In this document: one piece after another, positions 1 to 12,284 of the stretch
Layout: every line of letters begins with the position of its first letter
Numbering within the stretch: the first letter of the stretch is position 1
Source of the DNA: Octopus sinensis
Lineage: Eukaryota
Direction of reading: 5' to 3'
NCBI RefSeq assembly: GCF_006345805.1
Contig: NC_043004.1
Span: 56,668,001 to 56,732,000, forward strand
DNA length: 64,000 bases
The notes under the pieces: generated by a model
What the model saw: only the letters and a program-made list of their open reading frames with translations
The model's database searches: none
What the model was told of the DNA's origin: nothing
Made by a program: the position numbers and the translations under genes

Positions 1-156
1 GAGTGAGTGTGGTGCTAATGAGTGTGCGTGCGTGAGTGCTTGTGTTCAAGTAGAAAGATAAATGGACTTGCTGTCGTAGCAGAAGATGCTTGTGACCCGC
101 GGTCAAAGTAACAAAAGTAATAAATGAAGATAATAATAAATTAAAATTAGGGAATG

Positions 157-438
157 GGTTTGTATTTGTATGTATATGGTGTGTATGTGTAGGTATGTAT
201 AGGTACACATATGTATATATATGTGTATATATATATATATATATGTATTATATATATGTGTATATAGGGACTTGTGTGTGTATGTGTGTATGTAGATATG
301 TGTGTGTATGTGTGTATGTGTATGTGTGTGTATGTATATATTTTTGTGTGTGATATGTATATGTGTGGGCGTGATGTATATATATACATGTGTTGTGTGT
401 ATATGTATATGCATATATATGTGTATATATATAATATA

Positions 439-481
<43 letters not shown>

Positions 482-562
482 GTGTGTGCGTGTATGTATG
501 TTGTGTATGTATGTTGTGTGTGGTTTGTGTGTATATTATTATACATATGTGTATATGTATAG
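157..562. repeat. Mixed (TG)n/(TA)n/(TATG)n microsatellite
   Basis: Visible dinucleotide and tetranucleotide periodicity; source of the HIYT/YIYI-type ORFs. Confidence 0.95.
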
Positions 563-768
563 TGAGAATCTCCTTATTTACCTAAAACTCTATTCTTCTA
601 TATATATTTTTAAATTCTTTATTTATTCTTTTATCTAATTTACCACTGACTCCTTGACCACTCCCCCAAGCATGATATTTTTGCGCTATGCCTACCCCCA
701 AAAAGTCCCCCACCCCACCCCTTTAAACCTGCCTAAATGTATAAATGCCAATACAATTCTTGTTAACT

Positions 769-819
769 AGCTTCCTGATGATTTCTCTTGAATGAAACAG
801 TTCTAGTCCTGTAGAAGCT
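769..819 (+). ncRNA. Type I hammerhead ribozyme (minimal, PLE/retrozyme-like)
   Basis: AGCTTC-CTGATGA-TTTC(TCTT)GAAT-GAAA-CAG(TTCTAGTC)CTG-TA-GAAGCT: 6-bp stem I, canonical core, GUA cleavage triplet (after A813). One U.U mismatch at the base of stem II. Confidence 0.75.
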
Positions 820-840
820 CCTTCTATATAATAAATAAAA

Positions 841-843
841 TAT

Positions 844-874
<31 letters not shown>
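841..874. repeat. (TA)n microsatellite between two HHR-bearing elements
   Basis: Direct sequence. Confidence 0.9.
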
Positions 875-958
875 AACAATTGCAGCGTGGAAGGTGTTTA
901 TAAGCCATTTAAGAAACACACAAAAGCCGTTCGATTCACTCCACACATTTAAGTTAAT

Positions 959-1006
959 TTGTCAAAATTTTTTCGTCGCTTAAATGCGCGACCTGTTCAC
1001 TGACAA
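959..1006 (-). ncRNA. Minimal type I hammerhead variant with G3:C8 core swap
   Basis: Minus strand: TTGTCA-GTGAACA-G-GTCGC(GCATTTAA)GCGAC-GAAA-AAATTT-TGACAA. Perfect 6-bp stem I and 5-bp stem II; core positions 3 and 8 are swapped together; stem III is weak. Confidence 0.6.
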
Positions 1007-1044
1007 AGTCCGTGCTGCATCTAAGAAAGTAACAGTTAGTTCGT

Positions 1045-1190
1045 CATATATATGTACGTATGTATGTGTTGTATGTATGCATACATGTGTGTAGTATGTA
1101 TGTACGTATGCATGTACGCACATACGCCTGTTTTATGCATGTATGTATGTATGTATGTATGTATGTATGTATGTATATATGTATGTGTGT
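1045..1190. repeat. (TATG)n microsatellite
   Basis: Direct sequence. Confidence 0.9.
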
Positions 1191-1406
1191 GTATAAGCAC
1201 GCACATACACTCTATAAAACATAAAGCTATATAAACTGTAGCGATGGATGGATGTAGAGTGACCACTCATCAACAACGCTATCAAATTTCAACTCCCTAC
1301 GGCGAGGCTAGAAAGTGAATTTATGACGCTTGCTCACAAGAACTATACCCTAAAATCTATTATCAGATATTATCTCTATATCACAGAACTAATGTTTTAC
1401 TATTGT

Positions 1407-1490
1407 TCGTATGTATGTATGTATGTGCGTATGTATGTATGTATGTATGTATGTATGTATGTATGTATGTATGTATGTATGTATGTATGT
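1407..1490. repeat. (TATG)n microsatellite
   Basis: Direct sequence. Confidence 0.95.
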
Positions 1491-2400
1491 TCATCGTACG
1501 CATGGCGTATGTATGTATACGCGCTCGTATGCATTGTGCCCATGTAGGTGTGCGTACATGTACGTGCGTATGTACGTGTGTATGCCCATACGTAGGTATG
1601 TATGTAGTTGTATTCATGTGCACGTATGTATTGAGTGTCTGGAGAATGGGCAGATGTGTCCGTGATAGTGTGTACATGGGTATGTGTATGTGAACGTATG
1701 TCCGTGTACTGGCATGTGTCCGTCCAAGTTGTGTACTGACTGTTACTTTACTGAAGGTTGTATACAAATTTACATATATGTTCGTATAGACGCACACACA
1801 TATATATATATGTGTGTGTGGGTGTGTGTTTGTTCCTCTCATCATCGTCTACCGTGAACGGATACAACGCCTAGGTGCAACTGTTCGTATCAAAAACAAC
1901 GTCTGCTCATACCGTTGTATATAACTGCACATACGCATTGCAACCTGTATGTAAGAACTACAGGTGAAAGGGAGAGAGAGAGAGGGGTGGTTATAGAATA
2001 GTCCTTCTGAATGGGATCTGGATGTTATTCCATTCGGACTTTCGGTTGAGAGTAGGTTTGTGTTCTTGTATACAAACAGCTTCTGTGACCTGTCTCAACA
2101 TTGCATCGGTCACTATATGGTAAAATCTGGCGTGTGATTGAGTGGATTTCATCCAGATAGTTTTGGCTGACGAGCTACAAGTGGATTTTTTTGTAAGTAA
2201 AATTACATTTAATTCATTAATAGCGAAACAATTGTCCCAAAATAATCTGTATTTTTGTTATTTTTTATTTGCCCTGTCCGTGTGAGCTAACAATCGTACT
2301 GACTTTCATGGGAAACATGAGTATTTTTGTGGTTGAAACCTTTTGGATTAACTAGTGCTAGAGTGAGCCATATAGTGACCACCTCTTTATTTATTTTATA

Positions 2401-2723
<323 letters not shown>

Positions 2724-3069
2724 GTATGTAGAAAAATACATGATGGACAAGAACGTATAACTCATAGAAGACGATACAATAAACATGGACAGGACATTCG
2801 AACCCCTCAGTCTTCAGTCAAGAACCGGATCATCGTAGTAATTTCGGCTGATTAATCTTGAGATTACTAGATCACGGCCCAGCCCTCCAAGAAAAACTAA
2901 GCTGGAAGCGTAGATTTCCTGGAAGAAGGATCGAATGCATACGAACACAGCAGGACAGCAAAAGGGACAGATATAAAAAAAACAAAAAACAATAATGGAA
3001 TACAGAAAACATGAAATACAGAAGCATTAACGGTGAAAACAACAAGTGTCTTACGACTGATAACAAGCA

Positions 3070-3070
<1 letters not shown>

Positions 3071-3107
<37 letters not shown>

Positions 3108-3126
3108 TATATATATATGGATATAT

Positions 3127-3172
<46 letters not shown>

Positions 3173-3791
3173 ATATATAGATATATATATATAATATATA
3201 TATATAGATATATATATATATATATAATAGATATATATATATATATATATATTATATAGATATATATATAATAATAGATAGATAGATAGATAGATAGATA
3301 TATATTATATATAGATAGATATATATATATATAGATAGATATATAATATATAGATAGATATAATTAGATAGATATAATATATATATATAGATAGATATAA
3401 TATATAGATATATATATATATATATATATAGATAGATATATATATATAGATAGATTATATATATATAGATAGAATATAATATATTATAGATAGATATATA
3501 TATATAGATGATATATATATATGTAGATATATATATATAATATATAGATATATATATATATATATATATGTATAGATATTATATATATATATATAGATAG
3601 ATATATATATATATATAGATAGAATATATATATAATAGATTAGATATATATATATATAGATAGATATATATATAGATAGATAATATATATATAGATATAA
3701 TTATAAGTAGATATATATATATATAGATAGATATATATAATAGCATATAACTATATATATATATATAGATATATATATATATATTATAGAT

Positions 3792-3823
<32 letters not shown>

Positions 3824-3846
3824 ATATATATATAATATATATATAT
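3071..3846. repeat. (TA)n/(GATA)n microsatellite
   Basis: Direct sequence. Confidence 0.95.
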
Positions 3847-4550
3847 ACTCTTTTACTCTTTTACTTGTTTCAGCCATCCGGCTGAGGCCATGCTGGGGCA
3901 CCGCCCTTGTTGCTACCCTCTCTAAGTCCAGTTTGCCGTGGCTGGCCACTGATCTAAGAGAGAGTTTGTAGCTGCTGCCCTTAGGTTACCTTCGTACCTT
4001 GCAGTGGGTTCATCTGGGATCCGGAAAGCAGCTTGTCTAGATGTTTTTGAAAATGTCCACATCCGCATCATGTAGATCTCTTAGTTTTCTTGGCAGTTTG
4101 TGAACAGCTGAGGGCCCCTGAACCCAAGGCTATTACAGTATCTGCTCCTTACCCTGGATTGTGGAAGACGGGACCTTTGGCACCACACCAGTGACGTCCT
4201 GTACGGGGATTGGAACAGCTCTCAATTCCAAAATTTGGTGCTAGTCCCTCCAGGATTTTCCATATGTATATCACTGCATATCTCTCTCGTCTTCGTTCCA
4301 AGGAGTACAAATTGAGTTCCTAACCTCTCCCAATAGTTCTTTTCTTTCATGGTGGAAATCCTCTTGGGAAATGTCTTTGGATTGTCTCAAGCTCTGTGGT
4401 TAGTTTGACACTATGCGGTGACCACAGTTGGGAGGAGTAGTCCAGGCGGCTTAGGACAAATGTCCTCCATAGTGTCAACATGGTCTCGCAGTCTCTTGTC
4501 CGGAATGTCCTCAGGATCCAGCCAGTGAGTCGTCTGCACATTGTCGCCAC
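3847..4550 (-). mobile_element. 5'-truncated CR1-type LINE, ORF2 C-terminus plus 3' end
   Basis: Minus-strand translation GWILRTFRTRD..LSRLDYSSQLWSPH..LETIQR, then NYWERL/ELNLYSLERRRERYAVIYIWKILEGL across frameshifts. Ends in a (GAGTAAAA)n-like tail and is flanked by (TA)n. Confidence 0.85.
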
Positions 4551-4554
4551 CTAG

Positions 4555-4914
4555 ATATATTATTATATATATAGTATTATATTATATATCTATATCTATT
4601 ATATTATATAATATATATATATATATATTATATATATATATAATATATATATATTATATATATTATATTATATATATCTATCTATCTATATATATATATT
4701 ATATATCTATTATATATATATAATACTATATATATATATCTATATATATATATTATATAATCTATATATATATATATATAGATATATATATATATATATA
4801 TATATATAGATATATATATATCTATATATATATATAAATATATCTATATATATATATAAATAATATATATCTATATATAGATATAAATAATCTATATATA
4901 TATATAATATATCT

Positions 4915-4949
<35 letters not shown>

Positions 4950-5117
4950 GATATATATATATCTATATATATAATAAATATATCTATATATATATATAAA
5001 TTATATATATATATATTATATATTATTATATATCTATATATATTCTATATATATATATATATATATATATCTATATATGTATATATATAATATATATATA
5101 ATATATATATATATAGA

Positions 5118-5172
<55 letters not shown>
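4555..5172. repeat. (TA)n followed by (GATA)n microsatellite
   Basis: Direct sequence. Confidence 0.95.
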
Positions 5173-5278
5173 TGGTAATTAAAAACGGTAAGATAACAAA
5201 AGAAATAATGAGACCTCTATATTATGTAAATAGAGCAAATTTATCTATACAATAATATGTTACATTACTCGATAGTCA

Positions 5279-5341
5279 AGATAAAACTCTGAGTTTCAGA
5301 TGCCGAAGTGGATATCCACAACACCATCTCTTCGGTTATCT
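5279..5341 (-). ncRNA. Degenerate or variant type I hammerhead-like motif
   Basis: Minus strand: AGATAA-CCGAAGA-GATG..CATC-T-GAAA-CTCAGAG-TT-TTATCT. 6-bp stem I and palindromic stem III, but U4C and an extra U before G12. Confidence 0.4.
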
Positions 5342-6117
5342 GGCTATTTGAAAACGCTATGAAAAAATACCGTTATATAAAGGGAAATTACTGTGTTATA
5401 ACTCTGCTTGCCTACGTACTTATACATCGCTCGCATCTTGACTATCGAGTAACGTAACATATTATTGTATATATATATTATATATATATATATAGTATAT
5501 ATATATATATATACATCATACGCACAAATACAAGTTACAATCACTCAATCACACTCGCACTCACATATGCGCACGCAAACGTACACACAGTGTATATATA
5601 TGAATGTGCATGAAAATTATAGATTTATAATTTGTATGAAATTTTAACTATATTTGTATGTTAAAATACACTTTTGACAACGGTAAACAAATAAACCTCA
5701 ACAGGTTTCGCTGCCACGCTCTCGTATTTCTCTATATATTTGTATGCATTTTTGCGAGTCTATTCTGTTACAAACCACAGTGGAATCTAAAAAAATCTTG
5801 TTATACTTATATCTGTAGCTTAGAGTACATGTGAAAGTGAGGGATGCAGGCTGTTTCGGGCATCAATAATTAAATATATGTACTGTTTATTGTCAATGAC
5901 ATAGTCATACTGATCTACTTACATTTTTTTCTTTTGCATTGTGAATTGTTGCTCAAACAGTACAGCAGAATTAAAAAGAAAAATAATGAAATACGTAAGC
6001 AAAAATCAATTTAAAGCGTTATTTTTTGTTATTTTTAAAGAATTAATATATTGATTGACACCAGCAAATCTTCCTTTCTTTATTTCGCACATTGATCTCA
6101 CAGCATATTAAGTTCGT

Positions 6118-6435
6118 ATAATCATCATCATCGTTATATTCGTCATCATCATCGTCGTCGTCATATTCATCATCATCCTCTTCCGCATAGTTTTTATCAG
6201 TGTCATCATCATCATCATCATCATAGTCGCAATGACGTCGCTATTATCATCCTCTTCCTCGGAGTTGTCATCTTTGTCGTTAACATCATCATTCTTATCG
6301 TTGTCCTTCACTGCATCATCATCCCGTTCCTCAGCATTGCCGTTGTCGTCACCCTCATCATATTCTTCTTTCTCGTCGATATTTGTCATCATCATCATCA
6401 GCATCATCGTAATCACCATCATCATCGCCATCACC
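6118..6435. repeat. Cryptic (CAT/CGT)n trinucleotide repeat
   Basis: Imperfect ATC/GTC runs; source of the acidic and Ser-rich low-complexity ORFs. Confidence 0.8.
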
Positions 6436-6645
6436 GTCAGCCTGATTGTATTATATGTTATTGCTTATCTTCTCTTTTATCTCTAACGCACATTTTGCTC
6501 ACCATTACCCCTACACTTATCTTATGAGCAACATCAGAAAACAACCATGATAGAACCATGCGACCATCACGACTGAGAGGACAATCCAGAAGATGTGGTG
6601 TAGAAAACAAGCAGATGTATTAGTATAACGCTCGGGAATTGAAAA

Positions 6646-6745
6646 NNNNNNNNNNNNNNNNNNNNNNNNNNNNNNNNNNNNNNNNNNNNNNNNNNNNNNN
6701 NNNNNNNNNNNNNNNNNNNNNNNNNNNNNNNNNNNNNNNNNNNNN
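6646..6745. other. Assembly gap (100 N)
   Basis: Run of exactly 100 N. Confidence 1.
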
Positions 6746-6752
6746 ACGAGAC

Positions 6753-6937
6753 CCGAAATTTTTAGAGAGGGGACCAGCCGATTAGATCGACCCAGTACAC
6801 AACTGGTATTTAATTCATCGACCCCGAAAGGATGAAAGGCAAAGTCGTCCTCGGCGGAATTTGAACTCAGAATGTAGCAACAGACGAAATACTGCTAAGT
6901 ATTTCGCCCGGTGTGCTAACGGCTCTGCTATCTCGCC
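6753..6937 (-). mobile_element. SINE family B copy (diverged)
   Basis: Reverse complement of the 25000-25230 copy (gtcgacc..gaaaggatgaaaggcaaagtcg..gaatttgaactcag). Confidence 0.8.
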
Positions 6938-7271
6938 GGGTGTGTGAAATATTACATCAGACAGTGAGATGGAAATATCCTCCCCTGGTGAGTTGCAGTG
7001 GTGCCCAACATATGATGAGTTGAGGTATATGTGGATGTCACGTGCATAATCAATGATATATGGTTCACTACATTTTTTTCCAATATGGATGCAATAGGGT
7101 TTAAGATAGCTTTACCATTTCTTGTGCTGTATATGAAATTATCAATGTTAGGGAAGTAAAGTAGGTTTCGTCCAAAGATGTTGTAAACATAAGGTTGTGG
7201 TATACAAGGCTTACGAATAGTGAAACTATCTGGCTTGGGTCTTAGGGGATTCGGAGTAAGATGCAATTAGT

Positions 7272-7662
7272 TTACTCTTACTCTTACACTTGTTTCTGTC
7301 ATTTGACTGCGGCCATGCTGGAGCACCGCCTTTAGTCGAGCAAATCGACCCCGGGACTTATTCTTTGTAAGCCCAGTACTTATTCTATCGGTCTCTTTTG
7401 CCTAACCGCTAAGTGACGGGGACGTAAACACACCAGCATCGGTTGTCAAACAATGCTAGGGGGACAAACACAGACACACAAACACACACATACATACACA
7501 CATATATATATATAATATATATATATACATATATACGACAGGCTTCTTTTCAGTTTCCCGGGGCTATAGCAGAAGACACTCGCCCAAGATGTCACGCAGT
7601 GGGACTGAACCCTGAACTATGTGGTTGGTTAGCAAGCTACTTACCACACAGCCACTCCTGCG
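7272..7662 (-). mobile_element. SINE family A copy (internal deletion)
   Basis: Matches 33973-34390 in reverse: tRNA-like head, central CA/TA repeat, GAAACAAGTAAAAGAG tail. Confidence 0.9.
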
Positions 7663-8125
7663 TTTGAATAAATGGAAAGAATATTCATGGAATATCGTGG
7701 AGACGGCAGAGTTTAAGCGAGGGGGCTGTCAAGTGTGCTTGATGGACCTTTGAAGAGATTAGGTATTCTTAGTTTGAAATTGTAGAGTGAAGGGTCAAGG
7801 AGAGCGTTAGGGTGGATGCAAATATTCACACAACATTAAGGTTCTGATGTTGTCTAGGGCAAAACCGACGCACGTTTCAAAATTGTATTTATTGATGCAG
7901 TATTATGTATATAGAATGGAAGTGTTGGAAAGGTTGGGATCAAAAGAGGTACAGCTGGAGTCGATCTGTTCAGAAGTAAGGAATAAGTGTTTCGCAGTAA
8001 CCAAACGTTATTTTACTTATTTTACTTTTCGACTTATGAAAAATAAGACCGAGAATTATTTTACGTTTCGATGGTAGAAGAGGTTGAAATTGACGAAGGA
8101 GTTAAGTTAAATGTGTGTGTGTGTA

Positions 8126-8160
<35 letters not shown>

Positions 8161-8634
8161 CAGAGAGAGAGAGAGAAAGAGAGAGTATTGACACTGTTGT
8201 AAACATCGTCCTACCTACCTATTATTTCAGTGAAGTGGTCGTCGGTTTCAGCCTTAATGAAAGAAACAAATAAGCAAACAACGTACCCTGACCCAGATTA
8301 TATCTGCACTTACGACCCTTCTATTCCACGTTCAACTTCAGTCTTAGATTTTTATGTGATGTAAACAGAAACCATAAATCTGTTTTTTTTTTGTTTTTGC
8401 TTTAGCCTCTAGTTTCATTTTCATCTGAATGGTGAAATATATAAACCGAAACCATAGAATCTATTCAGTTACTTACCCTTGCCATTGTTTTCTTATTTTC
8501 TTGTTGATTCCTCTATATTTTTACACCTGTTCACTCTGCCTGCCTAACACCATACATTTTTTAATTTCTTTATCGCTCTCTCCACTTAATACTTTACGCG
8601 TTTTATTCGTGTAGTTTCTCCCACTCTCATTCTA

Positions 8635-8663
8635 TCTATCTGTATGTCTGTTTGTCTGTCTTT

Positions 8664-8697
<34 letters not shown>

Positions 8698-8698
8698 G

Positions 8699-8761
<63 letters not shown>

Positions 8762-8771
8762 GTCTGTCTAT

Positions 8772-8815
<44 letters not shown>

Positions 8816-8838
8816 TTGTCTGTCTGTCTGTTTGTCTG
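8635..8838. repeat. (TCTA)n/(TCTG)n microsatellite
   Basis: Direct sequence. Confidence 0.95.
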
Positions 8839-9074
8839 TATTCGGGCTAACTTGCATTTGTGTAATTGGAACGGAAGCACAACATATACTAAATAAAATT
8901 AAGCAAACTCTTAGGTCTATTGTGAAAATTGGCACCTAGAAACAAAAGGGCTGTTGAACGCATTACATCTGTTTGTCTAGGCACCATATTATATTAAAAC
9001 TACATTGTATATGTTCTTCCATTGATACGGCTACAGGTTTCAGTTACTAACAAGTCAGCTACCCAAAGAGACAC

Positions 9075-9475
9075 ACACACATACATACATACATACATAC
9101 ACACATATATATATATATGTATATACATACATATATATATGTATATACATACATATATATATATGTATATGCATACATATATATATATATATATGTATAT
9201 ATATATGTATATACATATATGTATATATATATATGTATATAAATATATGTGTATATATATATATGTGTATATATATATGTATATATATATGTGTATATAT
9301 ATATACGTATATATATATATGTGTTGTATATATATATATATGTATATATATATATGTGTATATATATATATGTATATATATATATATGTATATATATATA
9401 TGTATATATATATATGATATATATATGTGTATATATATATATGTGTATATATATATGTGTATATATATATGTATA

Positions 9476-9521
<46 letters not shown>

Positions 9522-9545
9522 CATACACACACACTAATATATATC
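9075..9545. repeat. (TA)n/(TATG)n microsatellite
   Basis: Direct sequence. Confidence 0.95.
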
Positions 9546-10409
9546 AATACATCCACCTTCCATTTAATTAGCTTGATAGTCATTCCTTGGCCATTTTAAA
9601 GACGTTCAAAATAAATTCTTGTTTAATACTAATTATGCCTTAATTACTTAAGCTGATGCTAATTACTTTCGGCACATTCCATGGTTTTATAAAAGTGAAA
9701 TATTCTTTTTTAAGAATTGTCAGTTTATGTATTCTACTGATATTTACGCGATTGAAATTTGACGCTAACAGCAAAAAAGCGCTGAAATATAAATTGAAAC
9801 ATTTATTATTCTTGGTGAAACTGTGACAGAAACGACAGGTGTCGAACGAAATATTTTTTGGTTGGGTTCCTTTACGTTAAAAGTTGTAATTCGTATGTGG
9901 ACTTCTTTTACTTTTCGTTGGTAACGGTTAATTAGAATATGTACGGAGGAAGAGTTTCACCATTTTTAATTAACTGTGACATGCCCATATTTGCAACCAC
10001 GCGATGAAAGGTTATTATAATCAGCAGGATATGTTACTAGTCTAGCAGTTTACATGACTCCAGTTGTTCTCATCTTTGCAACCATAGGGTATAGGTTTCG
10101 ATGTCACTTCGTGCACTTCAGCTTGCGTGAATTTCTGCAAGCAGATTGACGTGTTAACAAATATCAATGAGATTCCAGAAACCGGAATAAAACCCATTGT
10201 TTCCGAGTATATAGCTATAAGTATAAAGCTATAGATACATACATACATGCATACATGCATACATAAATGCATACATGAATACATATATGGGTAAATTGTC
10301 GCTATTTTATATATTTTTTATTTCTCGCATGCGAATTGTTTATTTTTGAGTTTGTCGACTACACAGTATAGTAGGGTCAGCTGGGCACTGTCTGTGAGAA
10401 AAACAGCAT

Positions 10410-10965
10410 AATAACGCGAGTTAATCTGCCAGAAATTTGGAAACGATATGCTGTACTGGTTGGCATTCGCGCCGGGAGCATCAATACGAACGTTTCAGAG
10501 TTTTTAAGTGTGAACCTAAGGACAATGCAATCCGAGGCATGTACCGAAAGTGGTAAAAGTCAAATATCCAGTCAACATCATGGTGTTTGGAGTGGTCACT
10601 TGTGATGGTAATGTTATGCCTCCATTCATGTCAGAGTCAACATGGATTCAGACTCAATACGGAGGCCCATATCAAATGCCTAGAAGAGGTAGTGCTGCCC
10701 TGGGGCAAGAGGGTGGCTAACGGAAAACTGTGTCTGGCAACAGGACTCTGTACCTTGCCACACAGTCAGGAGAACATAGTCATGGCTGTCAAATAACTTC
10801 TGCAGCCACATCACCCAAAACATCTGGCCACCTAACTCCCGAAACCGCAACCATCTTTATTATTATGTGCGGTGTGCAGTAGAGCGTGAGACAAACAAAA
10901 CCCCTTGTAGAATCAAAGATGAGCTAAAAGCAAGGCTTATAGCAGCATCCACCAACTTAAGCAAG
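10410..10965 (+). mobile_element. Decayed Tc1/mariner DD37D (maT-type) transposase remnant with internal deletion
   Basis: N-terminal LPEIWKRYAVLVGIRAGS..VNLRTMQ; catalytic region IMVFGVVTCDGNVMPPF..RLNTEAHIKCLEEVVLPW..VWQQDSVPCHT..IWPPNS..NHLYYYV. 37 residues separate QQD from the third acidic position (now Y); stop codon and frameshifts present. Confidence 0.8.
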
Positions 10966-11154
10966 CCTCTCCTCTCTAAAACAAACATTGAATATATATA
11001 ATCTTGCACAAGGTACAGACATGCCAAGTACATACATACGTACATACATATATATATACACTCACACAGACATATATATAGAAGTATATATGTATGTATG
11101 TATATATATGTACGTATGTATGTATATATATATATATTATATTTACATTGTGAG

Positions 11155-11166
11155 AGAGAGAGAGAG

Positions 11167-11242
<76 letters not shown>

Positions 11243-11250
11243 GGATAGAT
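11155..11250. repeat. (GA)n + (GATA)n microsatellite
   Basis: Direct sequence. Confidence 0.95.
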
Positions 11251-11995
11251 ACAAACATGATATTTATATCTTTCGCCGAACATCGAGCGAGATTTATCGA
11301 ATGACAAATATCCTGTTTTGCGATCATTCGTTATTGTTACAGTAAACTAGTGACCATCTCGAAGGATAATTACAACAAACGACGCTTTTAGTCACAATCA
11401 GCAATAAAGAATAAAAAAATGCATAAAATTCCTCAGACCTCTCATCGGTAAAATGAACATTGAATATACATAATCTCGCACAAGGTACAGACAAGCCCAA
11501 TATATTTCTAAATATTTCAGTAGGATGTAGTCAAGTCGAAATGTCTAATCATTTCGTGTTCTGTGTGATCTTATATGATCTAGCAGCCATACCGTCATTT
11601 CTGTATTTCTAACCTGTCAGTAGAATTTTATTTATAGTCACTTGAATTCTATAAGTATCTGAGACTTTCACTAAAACCAGTCCTGTGACTCGCTTGTCAG
11701 GAGCTTTCCTACCCCTCTACACCCGTCACTTACAGACATGCTCAAGTAGATGCATACAAACTCGGCGACAGACTGCTTTATACTATATATATATATATAT
11801 ATATATATCTATATATATATTATATATATATATATAGATATATTAGTATATATGGTGTTAATTATATAATAATATATGTATATATATATAAATAATATAT
11901 ATATGTAGGCCGGGTTGATTCGGGGTTAACCACAGTAAATAAGGTACTCAATACATAGCAGAGTAAAAATAATTTATTATATAGAATTTATTATA

Positions 11996-12034
11996 TGAAA
12001 CAGTTCTAGTCCTGTAGAAGCTCCTTCTATATAA
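11996..12034 (+). repeat. Second, 5'-truncated copy of the 769-819 HHR element
   Basis: tgaaacagttctagtcctgtagaagctccttctatataata is identical to 793-832 and is again followed by (TA)n. Confidence 0.9.
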
Positions 12035-12039
12035 TAATA

Positions 12040-12051
12040 AATTAAATATAT

Positions 12052-12084
<33 letters not shown>

Positions 12085-12142
12085 TTATGTTATTGTATAT
12101 ATATATATACATATATATATATTTATGCATATATATATATCA

Positions 12143-12181
<39 letters not shown>

Positions 12182-12231
12182 TATGCGTTATATATATACA
12201 CGATATATATGTATATATGATATACATGCAT

Positions 12232-12284
<53 letters not shown>

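Noticed and set aside
103-585. Long ORFs of [12 protein letters not shown] type (also 8644-9599, 10863-11327, 24676-25147, 37037-37727 and others)
   Set aside because: Stop-free translations of microsatellites; no coding signal.
2780-2885. CTGAAGA on the minus strand and a GGCTG..CAGCC-GAAA stem as possible hammerheads
   Set aside because: No stem I partner and no intact GAAA..UH in register with the core.
6108-6486. Asp/Met-rich and Ser-rich ORFs
   Set aside because: Explained by the cryptic (CAT)n repeat.
6952-7266. 104-aa minus-strand ORF (MHLTPNPLRPKP..)
   Set aside because: No recognisable domain or splice context; ends against a SINE; cannot be supported.
7842-7880. CTGATGT-TGTC..GGCA-AAAC hammerhead-like string
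   Set aside because: A9 and G12 are missing and there is no stem I partner.
9022-9065. Minus-strand CTGAC..GTTAGTAAC-T-GAAAC motif
   Set aside because: Core broken and stem I does not pair.
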